From Takakia lepidozioides (Eukaryota; Plantae; Bryophyta), in contig CM060733.1 of NCBI GenBank assembly GCA_030704615.1, positions 35,712,001 to 35,776,000 of the forward strand: a stretch of DNA of 64,000 bases. The letters are read 5' to 3'. Positions 19,836 to 30,600 of this stretch are shown in pieces; positions within the stretch are counted from its first letter, which is position 1; every line of letters begins with the position of its first letter. The position numbers were made by a program, and so were the translations under genes. The notes below the pieces were generated by a model that saw only the letters and a program-made list of their open reading frames with translations, was not told the origin of the DNA and ran no database searches.

Positions 19836-21690
19836 GAACTGGCGGACTGGTGTCGCAAAACGATGACGCAGGCGGCGACGACGCAGATGGGATGAGGGCG
19901 GGGTGGGGAGGGATTGACCCAGCCCAGCCGGCTGCCTTTCGATGTCTGCCGGAGGCGGAGAACCGGCGGTACGGGTGTCAGGGCTGGACCGTCCTGACGC
20001 GCTCGCATTAAGTTCTTACATTATTCCTATTATCTTCCTTTCTTAACCCCTAATATTTGTTATAGGTATTGTACTTTTTTTTTTTTTTTTTTTTGGTACA
20101 ATAGAATCCTACCGTTACGGGGCAGTGACTCCTTTCTCATCCTTCATGGTTGTTTCCTGTGGTTATTTTTTCCTCAGTTTTATTAATAAAATTCCCCTCT
20201 GTCCCCTATTCTAAAAAAGAAAAAAAAAGAAAAAATCCTACCGGCCATTGGGTATTTGGCTTTTGTATTTTCAACACTCCTTCCAACAAATTATGCCTTC
20301 GGCGAAGGTTGCACAGAATTGAATCGGGTGGCAATGGGGCGGGCCACGTCAGGGAATTTCAAAGGTAATTACTAATTACCTGCCCGCTGCGCGAATGTGG
20401 TTGCCAGGGCCGTCCTGCAACCCAGCCAAAGGGAGGGTAAGGGGTGGATGAACGGATGAACGCCCGCAAACAGAGCGGCTGTGAGCTTATCCATATTTTA
20501 GGACAAACTTCCCAAATGGACAGGACGACAAAATTCGATACGAGTTGTGCGCGAGTCGAATTCCACATTGAAGCCCGCACAAATGTTATGATCTTACGAT
20601 CCAAACGGTGAAAATGTACGAGATTTTATGTGGAGATAGCGGATGGAGGTCGGAACACAATTCAACGGTTCATTTCTGTAGATCTAAGAATTTGCAAAGC
20701 TATGGTCAAAAAGGTGAAATTTGGTCTGGAATCCGCAGTAAACTAGGTGCGTGAATGTGCACGTTAGTTTATGTCGAGAATCCTGGAGGAGGAGGAGGGG
20801 AAGGTGAAAGGAGAGCGATGGCGGTGGGATCATGCCAGCCATTGCTGTGGTTGACTTCGTTCGGCGCTTTCCTAGGGCGGGAGTTAAGCAGCTGGGAGAC
20901 CTGGCAATCCTACATTGGACCATTGTTCAACAGAGATTACTTGATACTTCCTTAGAGTATCATCCTCCAGAGTCTGTTGCATTTCTCTTGTTGCCGTGCG
21001 AATTGGTCGGATGCGCGTGTTCATTCTACCTTGCAGGACTGGTTGTGGTTTTGGTTTTGGTTTGTTCACAGTGAAGACGGGAATAAGAATGAGAGTGAGA
21101 TGTTGTTCGCTGAGATGTTGTTCGTCTGAAACCTTTTGTGAAGTCAACGGGAGAGAGATTCACGCACTCATCTGATTTGAAGGACAGATAGAGAGGGATT
21201 TTTAGTTTCATCATGACGGGATCTTACATTGATTTCCAGTTGAGTAGCTTGTCAGTTTTTCATGGCTTCCTGGGACATTTTGTTCTCGTTTCCTTAGACA
21301 GTTTTACACATGTTTTTTTTTCAGGCTATCGCATTGCAGGTTGATCACGATCTCACACACAACGAATCTCAGTCACCTAGGAAGGTAGGTAGATCACTGT
21401 CTGTTTTACATTGATAGTATGAGTAGAATTTCTGACTCGTAGGCTGGTTCTAGATAGTTTGAGAGGGATGCCTTTATTCCTCGGGAAGACTCTGAGCATA
21501 GAGAAAGACTTCCAATTGTGAAAGCGTGTCTATGAAGGATGTCTAGGAGGTCCTATGCTGATGGATGCGTTTACTCTGCCGAAGTCACCAAGAGCACACA
21601 CACCAACCACGAGTACTGGCATCTAAAGATGGGAAATGGTCGAGGACCGCACTCTTGAGGACTTTGGAAGGAGCGTAAGGAGCTGCCTCG

Positions 21691-24600
21691 ATGGAGACGA
21701 TGATCGTAAGGGAGCGGCGATGGCTGCTGCCTTGTCATTACATGAGAAAGAATCCGTTGAGTATGGCAGGAGTTCGCGCTTCAGTCTTGCTAATGGGCTG
21801 CTTACTGGCAGCAGCTGTAGGTTTGGTGCTGTACAAGGGGGCGCTCGATGCGAAGCAGGAGGAATTCCTGCTCAAATGTATGAACCGGAAAGAGGTATTT
21901 TTCAGTTGATTACTTGAAGAAGTCTGTTTGAGAAGTCAAACTTAGAAATTTCTTAGAACGAAGACTAGTGACGGGATGTCTATAGGATCGGTCACCTTCC
22001 TCGTCCCAACAGAAAGGGTTTAATGACGTTCCTCAGAGGTCCGCACGTCATTCTTGCTAGTCGTCAGAAACGGTGCGAACGGTGGTCAAGGTGGGTACCA
22101 CATATCAGGAGCAAGATGATCACATGGAACATGCCCAATAATTTGCTCAATGAAATGTGACACCGAGCTTGTCAACTTGGCACTTTTTCCAGCTGAACCT
22201 CTCTGAATTTGGAGTGTGTACTTTGCATGCAATGTCCTTGTAAACATAGCTGATACTCCCATAGGTTTCATGTGTGCCGATCCCTTGTTGTCTCATAATT
22301 TTGGTGTAGGTCAGTCGTTTTTGGCCGGATCGATGAATTTGGCAGTTATTCCCCCCTATGTCATTCTTTTGCCAATCTATTGGTGAAGTATGGTTTTAAG
22401 AGATAAGATCATCATGGAGGAATGTTCCATGTATAATAATGCACCTCTCTAGCTTTTGCTACTTAGCATCATCATGTGAGAGCTTAAACATCTCAGCTGC
22501 AGAGCTCAGGGCCCTTTGAAAATGCTCACCTGATAGGTCCTTGAATGTCTGGTCTTATGTGGTTTGCTAGTTAGGTCCTCAATGGAATGTGGGAAGACTC
22601 CTGAGTGTTATGATACCTCAAGGGGCTTGACTAACTTCCTTGGGTGTCATGATAATTCTTGCAGACACTAAGGTCAGAAGTTGAGAACAGTCTCAACTCC
22701 TCCTTTGTGATATTGGGGTTGGTAGCAAGTGTGCCAGGCTTGAATCAAAGCAATTGGCTCACTTTTACAGCACAGACGCTCTTTCTCCGCCCCAACGTGG
22801 AAAGGCTCGTCTACTTGCAACGAGTGCTTAACACTGAAAGGGCTGCTTTTGAGAAGAAAATGAACAGCTCCATATTTGAGGTAGACAATTCTCTGAACAA
22901 AACAGTGCGGAAGGTGGATACAGAGTATGCTCCAATTGTCTATGAAACTGCGGATATACACTATTTTATGGTGGACCCATCGTCCTTTCCAGTTCTCAAA
23001 CAGGCACTTTATATAACACGGACAACAGGCATGTTTACTTTGTCACCACCAGGTACATATGGAGGGGTTTGGCGAATGGGGTCTTACCAGGCTTATTATG
23101 GGGCCACTAATGTTCAGTCTTTGACAACCGTTCAATCTCGGGAGCAGGCTTGTCAGGGCTATGTCGGGACAAGTCTGGATGTGCAAAAGGTTTTCAATGC
23201 AGTGCTTTCAAGGTACATGAATTCGTGTTCCGAGATTTAGGAGTTAGGAAGGCGAGGCAAGAGGCAAGCACCTCTATTCTAGAAATTTTTGCTACAACTG
23301 GGAATATGGCAAAGGTTTTGAAGGCAGATTTGAAGGTCTTGCAGGTTGTTGGCATTCTGATAGGGCTGCATGCTGGTGCTTCCTCTGATAAGTCTATGCA
23401 ATTGAACCTTGATTGATGGCCGGTGTGTTCAGATTCCAAGACGACATTGACATGAATGTCGTTGTCATATATCTGGTAAATCAATCTGCGGGCCTAAATT
23501 CATTTTACAATTGTGGTGCCGTGGCTGTCTGCACACTAACACTCCATGACACTGCATCGAGGGCAAGTGGACCACCCACTGCGGTGGTTCCGTGGACTTA
23601 TGGCTCCCAATTCTTTGAAGTGCGGTGTTATGCAACACAGAACATCAAGCTCTATGCGGTGCGAAGCATTATTGCATGGCCTCTGCTTATGATTATATTA
23701 GTACTGCTCTGTGCTGTTATTGTGCACTTGGTTCTCAAGAGGATGCAAGCCATTGAGAGGGATGTGGCTATTATGGAGAAGATGAACACTGATTTAAGAG
23801 CTGCCAAGATTGCTGCTGAAGCTGCAGACACGGCCAAGTCGAGTTTTCTTGCCACTGTTTCACATGAGATCAGGTACTAGCTTTGCACTGTCTTACGGTA
23901 ATGTCTTCAGCCTTTACTCAATCGCATTCAAACCTTGCGGCCAGACTAACCTATGCCAGTTGCTGAGCCTAGCCATTACAATTAGGATTAATCCAGCCTC
24001 TCTCCATACAGTCCCACAGAAACTGCTGCATTGAGAATGAACATGCTATAACGAAATATGTCAGAATTTGCTACAACATTGAACAGCCAACTCCCAATCC
24101 ATGCCAACAACAACAGCCATACCCCTCTAACTCATATCTTCAAGCAGGGCAGCCATGAACTCAACCAGAAAATTTTGGAATCAAAATAAGGCACACTCAA
24201 TTGCTTGTTCATACTCTGTGCTGATGTGCTTGCGCTGTTTGGTGGGTGCAGGACTCCTATGAATGGAGTGATTGGTGAGCATGAATTGCTGAATCTTCCT
24301 TTTCTGAGTTTTCCTTGTCAAGTGTTGGGTGTATGTCTTGAAAGTTTCTAGGATGTGTTGAGAATTGTTTTTCATCAACAACAATTTTATATTCCCGAAA
24401 GAACCTGGAGACAGTGTATAGTAACAAGATGTAGGGTATGCCCTGGTCAAAATATTGCAGCTCCATCCCCGGTCTTCCATCCACCAGAGGCTCTGGAGGA
24501 CTGTACCTTGAATGTTTGAAACTACCATCTGCTTGAAGTTGGAAATCCCAAACAGAAGAGGACTGAGGTGTCCTTGCATTGTGATTTTCCATGGTCATGC

Positions 24601-27600
24601 TGAAATACTTCTCCTTGGCTGACTTTTGGATCACACAAGTGAAGTTGGCACCCGCAAAAATGCTGTTGCTTGAGAAATTAACTGCCCTCCAACAGAGTTC
24701 AATCACTTATTCCTGTGACAGAAATGGGCATTTTTTGTATCATCCTCGATGCAGCTTATTTATATCCCTCTTTCTTCCACTAGTGCAGTGCAATGGATGC
24801 TTTGCAGTTAGTCCTCCTTTGTAACATGTCCTGGTTTCTCTGTTGGTGTTCTGGGCAGGAATGACAAACTTGCTGATGGAGACAGATTTGACACCCCAGC
24901 AGCTGGAGTATGTCAAGATTTCCCAAGCCAGTGGAAATGCACTTGTGTGAGTAACTCAATCCCTTCACCCTTCATTGGAAGCTATTTGGCAGTATAAGCT
25001 CTTTACTTGTCAGCAGAAAGTTTCATGAGCAACTTCATTATACCAGGTATGAGTCTAAGTTTCCTTCTTATCCCACATTGGGTACAATTCCAGCTTTAAC
25101 GATGTCATCATAGACCTCTACGGTCTGTTCTAGGCTGTCAGACTTGCATTTGGCATGTTAGAAACGTGAACGTGGAAAGGATCCAAAATTTTCATCTCAT
25201 CAGGTCAGAGGGGCCAAGTTTACCCTAAGAGTACCATTCCCCCATGTTGTCATTCTCCTCTTAACTTCAAAGTTCTGAATTGCTGGCTAATCTACCAACT
25301 TCTGTTGCAGGGCCCTTATAAACAATGTACTAGATCTGTCAAAGATTGAGGTGGGCCGAATGGAGATAGAGTCTGTTCCATTTGACATAAGGGCTGAGGT
25401 GGATGATGTGCTCTCTCTCTTTGAAGAGAAAGTTCACCAGAAGCACCTTGAGGTAGCCGTGCTAATCCATGACACTGTGCCTTCCTGTGTGATTGGGGAT
25501 CCTGGAAAACTTCGCCAGGTAACTTTTTGTCTTTTCTCAATACTGTATGTTATTTTCCCCCCTCAGATATCATAGGTGGATTGTAAGAGATAAACCTAGC
25601 TGCAAATGAAATGTGAAAGGGTGCTAGGAAATACTGTGGACTAGTTTTGTACCAGCAGGCAGGTTGTCCTTTTAGGTGTTCTTTGGTGGGATGATCAGCA
25701 ACAAAGATAATTACAAATAGAAGGACTGAGAAAGGATTGCTCCTCTAAACAGGCTAAAAAAATAGAAAGTTACAGGATATGTTGTGCTGGTTTGTGGAAG
25801 CTCTCCTGGGTACAGAACAATGATATTTCCTAACTTACAAGGAGAGTACCTATCTAGTGTTCTGATAAGGATGCTCTGCATGATACTGTGCGTGGTTCTT
25901 TGCAGGTTCTGATTAATTTGGTTGGCAATGCTATGAAGGTGAGAGGCATGTAGCTGTTTTGAGTGTGCATCTTTCCAAAAACCATGCAATGGATCAGAGC
26001 CTAGAGTTTCTGTGGCAGTTTGTGGCAGCTTCGAATTACCTTAACTTCCTGAGACAGCATTGGTGGTCTTTATTTCTGTAGAATTTGCACTGAGATATAG
26101 AGAAGTGCTGCATCTCTACAAAGATTTTAGATGAAGGGAGTGAATGGTTTTATTCACAGGAAGATGCAATAACAAGTCAATGTCCCTCACTTGCGCGAGG
26201 TAGAAGCTCATCTTGTCTCTGCCCTTTTTCTCATTCTTGCAGTTTACAAAAGCAGGAAGTATCTTCTTGTGTGTGCGCCTTGTTGATGACAACCAACGAG
26301 ATCTAGGTCAACCTCTGCTAGCAGAGAGACCCATTGCAAACGTGAACTTCAAAGATGTGGTTTCCAGGGATGTCTACCCGTCTCAGGTAGTGCCCGCAAT
26401 GCCCAGCAATGTGAGTGTCCGACGGCACCGGCGCAGTCTAAGCATTGACAGGTGTATTAATGGTGAAAGTCCAACTGGAGTCGTAGGTGCTGAAACCTTC
26501 AGACTAGCTAGTTCAAGGTGGCAAGGCTTTAATGTGGTGGCACCAAGGTTAAGCTTGCAGCCGCAGAATTCAAGCTCCAAAGAGACTATCTCAAAGTGGA
26601 GGGGTTGGAAACCAAGGGCGCATATCGAGGCTATGAGTCCAGAAGTTACTCTTATCATTTCTGTTGAGGATACAGGTACATTTTGCAGAGCCTGTAAATT
26701 GTAGAAGTTGTTTTGGCATACGCAATCATGTCTTCTAGGATTCTGGAGCTTAGGAGAGGATGCAGGTGAGAACAAAACACAAACTATACTTTCATACGTG
26801 TTGTGTCACTTTGCCTCATCACGAGATAGAAACAGGAAGGAGGGAGAAGAAAGAAAAAGTAGGGAGGAAGAAAGAGATAATGTCTGGGGCAGGCCCAACG
26901 TGCCAAGGGAGATAGTAGAACAACATAGTAGACCACAGAAGCCAAACCATAGAACCCTTAAAATTAAAGGAGAGATTTAAATCCCAAACGATGCATAGGT
27001 TAAATGGTTCATCCAGGTAATCCACTGAGGAAGTTAAGAAGCAACTAAGAGCGACCTTACACAAGGCAAAAGAGAAATGACATAAAATGGAACTTTGTAA
27101 CGTCCGCTGAAAGCTCAAAGAGAGAGAGACACAGAGAGGCCCAAGAGACACAATAGAATAACAATGAACCAGAGCATTTAAATCCAGTAGTAGAACCACA
27201 CAGAGAAATGTAGAACGAAATGAAATGAAATGATACTTTCTAATGACCACGGAAAACTCAAAGAGCTTATTGGACAGGAGAAAGCATGAAACTAGAAAGA
27301 GAGTGGGGTCCCCATGAAGCAGCCCAAAAACAACTATGGATCAGGGGAAGTCTAAGATTCAACACCTCATGCAGCTGCCAAGCATTTCTGATCCATACAG
27401 TAGAACACCTCTGTGAGGGATCGCCTATCTCACAACAGAGATCTCATAGATCTCATAGAAAGAAAACTTCAGAATGTCTGCAAGGGTCCATGGACACATT
27501 AGGAAAAACAGACAACATTAACATTACTGGAATTCAGATGTCACCAGAAGAGAACGTGCTTGTAGGTCAAAAAAGAGCAAGAGACAGGGAGAGAGAGAAA

Positions 27601-30600
27601 GGCTTGGGGTTGGGCATTATCCCAGCTGGGTAGCAGGACAGGGGTCTTACAATGTGCACTCTGTGGTCAATGTCATTACTGGACGTGATAACAATGATTT
27701 GCCAAGGACAAAATCTAAATACATCTTCCCAAGTATGATTGCAGGTATTGGCATCCCCTTGCATCTGCAGAGTCGTCTTTTCCAACCATTTCTACAGGCA
27801 GACAGCAGTACCTCAAGGGAATATGGGGGTACTGGCATTGGTTTATCTATCTCTCAGGTGAGTGCAGCCTGTGTGATATAACTAACTAGTGTGTTTCTTA
27901 TCAGATGATCATGGTTGATACTCATTATCCACCAATTTCACAAATGGTTTAATTCATGAGGTCGTGGGTTGGCTGGTATGTGCTTTTGCAGAAATTAGTT
28001 AAATTAATGAATGGACAGCTCACAGTTTCTAGCCAGCCTGGAGAGGGAAGCGTGTTTGAGTTTACACTCCATTTGTCTGAAGCTGGAAAATCGGACAAAG
28101 TGCCTTCTATTTGCAAGCCTAAGCTTCCAGAGGAACAGCTGAGAGGAACAAGAGTTTTAGTAGTTGACGAGCATCTTGTCCGACAGGTAATGAAACGCAC
28201 ATGTATGAGGGGTTTGATTATTGATGTCTCTCTCTCTCATCCTATGGAGGACCGCCTATGCCCAGCTTGCACTGGGCGCAACCAGGAAATTGGAACTGAA
28301 GAACACTTCTTCTTTATTGCCCTCTATATTATGAGATCCGTAGGAGATTCCACTGTCTATTCCTTGGAACTCAATGTCTCACTGAAGTCTTCCACTATAA
28401 GGATCAGAAATGCCATTCCTTTTCTTTTCTTTTCTTTTTCCTTTTTGCTGAAGAGAGAGAGGGTTGTTCACCATGGTCTGAAATTGCTGTTGGCTTAGTA
28501 CTATTACAGAAAATCGAGAGTTGTATACATCTCTCCTTAGGAGTTTTGTTTTATGGCATTTTGCACAGAAATTCATAATGGGCTATGAATGAGTCAAAGG
28601 TTTCTAATCAAGCTCAATTCCCTCCAGCAATGACGACCTTGCAAATCCTAGATGAATGAGTTGGATAGTTAGGGTAATTGGGCATGTGGCTGCAACAAAC
28701 GAGATTCGTAGCAATCAACGCCATAAATTCCAGAGGTACTCCGAACTCAGGCCTTTATCCAATCATGACTGCAGGAAGTAACAGCAAGCTATTTGCGGAG
28801 ATTGGGCATGGTGGTTGAGGAAGCTGAAGACATGCAAGTAGCCTTAAATGTATTAAAGAGGTGCAAGCTCTGACCCTGCTGTTGTTTTGTCCTTGCATGG
28901 ATCAGGAAGCATTGTGTCAGGTGCTGTATTATAGAGCTATACTTGACCTGACTGATTCCTCTCCTGCAGCCATGTTGACAATGGGATACCAGGTTTGATT
29001 GGCTAAGATGGCAGGGTCACACTGATCTGGTTGAGGGCTTCTCGTTCATTGATGCAACTGAAATTCATTTGGAAGTAGTGACAAGCTGCAGGAACAGTTT
29101 CAGAGGGCATGTTGGTGTTCTATCACAGTCAAGAGTCATTAAGCTTCATGATCCAGCTCTCTAGGATGGAATTGAAAAGGCTATTGTAGTAGCACAGTCT
29201 GAAAGGACAAGAACCTCCAAGTACAACTCTCTAACAGTTGGACTCTCTACAGTGAAATTAACTCAAACCACCATGGTGGTAATGACAAGAAATTCTGGTT
29301 GGCCCTTCAACGTTTGTACAAACCGAAAAACGGTCAGCAAGTACAAGCGCTGAAGACTACTAAAGGTGCAGTGGTGACTTCATCGGTTGACATTGTCAAA
29401 ACCTTTGAAACTCACTACAGTATCCTTGGCAGAACTTCTAGGTCTAACAGTGAGGGGTCTTCTGCTGAATGGAGGGACACAGTTGGAAAAACTGTTCCTA
29501 TGATTCAAAACAGCCCTGATGAACTGGAGTATATTTCAATGGCTTATAATGCTCCCATTAGTTCTTCTGAGATTGTGGAAGCAATTGAACATTTAAATGG
29601 ATATAAAGCTGGTGGACCTGATGGTATTGTCAACGAGCTTATCAAGCACGGTGGCGATCCCATGATAGAGGCCCTAGTTCTCCTCTTTAACCTTATCTGG
29701 AAGACTGAAATGATCCCCTTTTGCTGGCGACAGGGGGTCATTGTCAATCTATACAAGAAGGGTGACAGAGAAGAACCGGGGAACTACCGTGGCATCACGC
29801 TCCTCAATGCTGTTGGCAAGACATTCTGCAGAGTTATAAGTACTCGTCTCGAGGTTGATCTGGAGTCCAGAGGTTGTTTCCACGAAGGCCAAGCTGGCTT
29901 TCGGCGAAACAGGGGCTGTGTGGATCATATCTTCACTCTAAGCCAGATTATCCAGGGAAGGAAAAAAGAAGGGAAACCCACTTATGTCTTTTTCCTGGAT
30001 GTCAAAAAGGCTTATGACACAGTGTGGAGGGATGGCCTATGGTTCCGCCTCTGGTCTTGTGGGATCAAGGGAAAGATGTGGAGAGTTGTCCACAACTTGT
30101 ATGCTCACACCAAAAGCTGTGTCACTGTTAACGGACAGAAGTCCAACTTCTTTGACATAGACCAAGGTGTAGCTCAAGGATGTACTCTCTCCCCTCTGCT
30201 CTTCAATGTTTTCATCAATCAACTCCTCGAGGATGTGGAAAGTGAGGGATTTGGGTTAAGGGTGGGTGATACCACCATACCAGCCCTTATGTTTGCGGAT
30301 GACTTCGCAGGCATAGGGGAGACTCCAACCAATCTCCAGGAGTTGATTGATTGCGCGAAGAGATACTTTGATCTTTGGGGGCTAGAGGCTAATGTCAGCA
30401 AATGTGCAGTGGTAGCATTCAACGACAGAGGAGAGGGAGGAAGTGATCTTAAGTGGCAGTGGGGTAGCCAAGAGATCCCGGTCCTCCCTTCCTACACTTA
30501 CCTGGGCGTTGAGTTCTCCTCCAATTGTAATTGGGATGCACATATCCGGAAAGTTGTTCAAACTGGCAAGGGCAAAGCTCTGGGGCTCACTAAATTTTTC

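Larger units (their letters stand above)
1..20017. mobile_element. Large (>20 kb) Mutator-like (MULE) DNA transposon with cargo genes; left end outside the window; right end approximate
   Basis: Contains a MULE-type transposase (3334-6913). The same GGGTTAC/GGGTGAC motif family occurs at 40-390, 985-1340, 2240-2440, 17440-17885 and 18390-19835. A GC-rich segment ending ...GCTCGCATTAAGTTCTT at ~20017 is followed by an abrupt switch to AT-rich DNA. TIR and TSD cannot be verified because the other end is missing. Confidence 0.7.
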
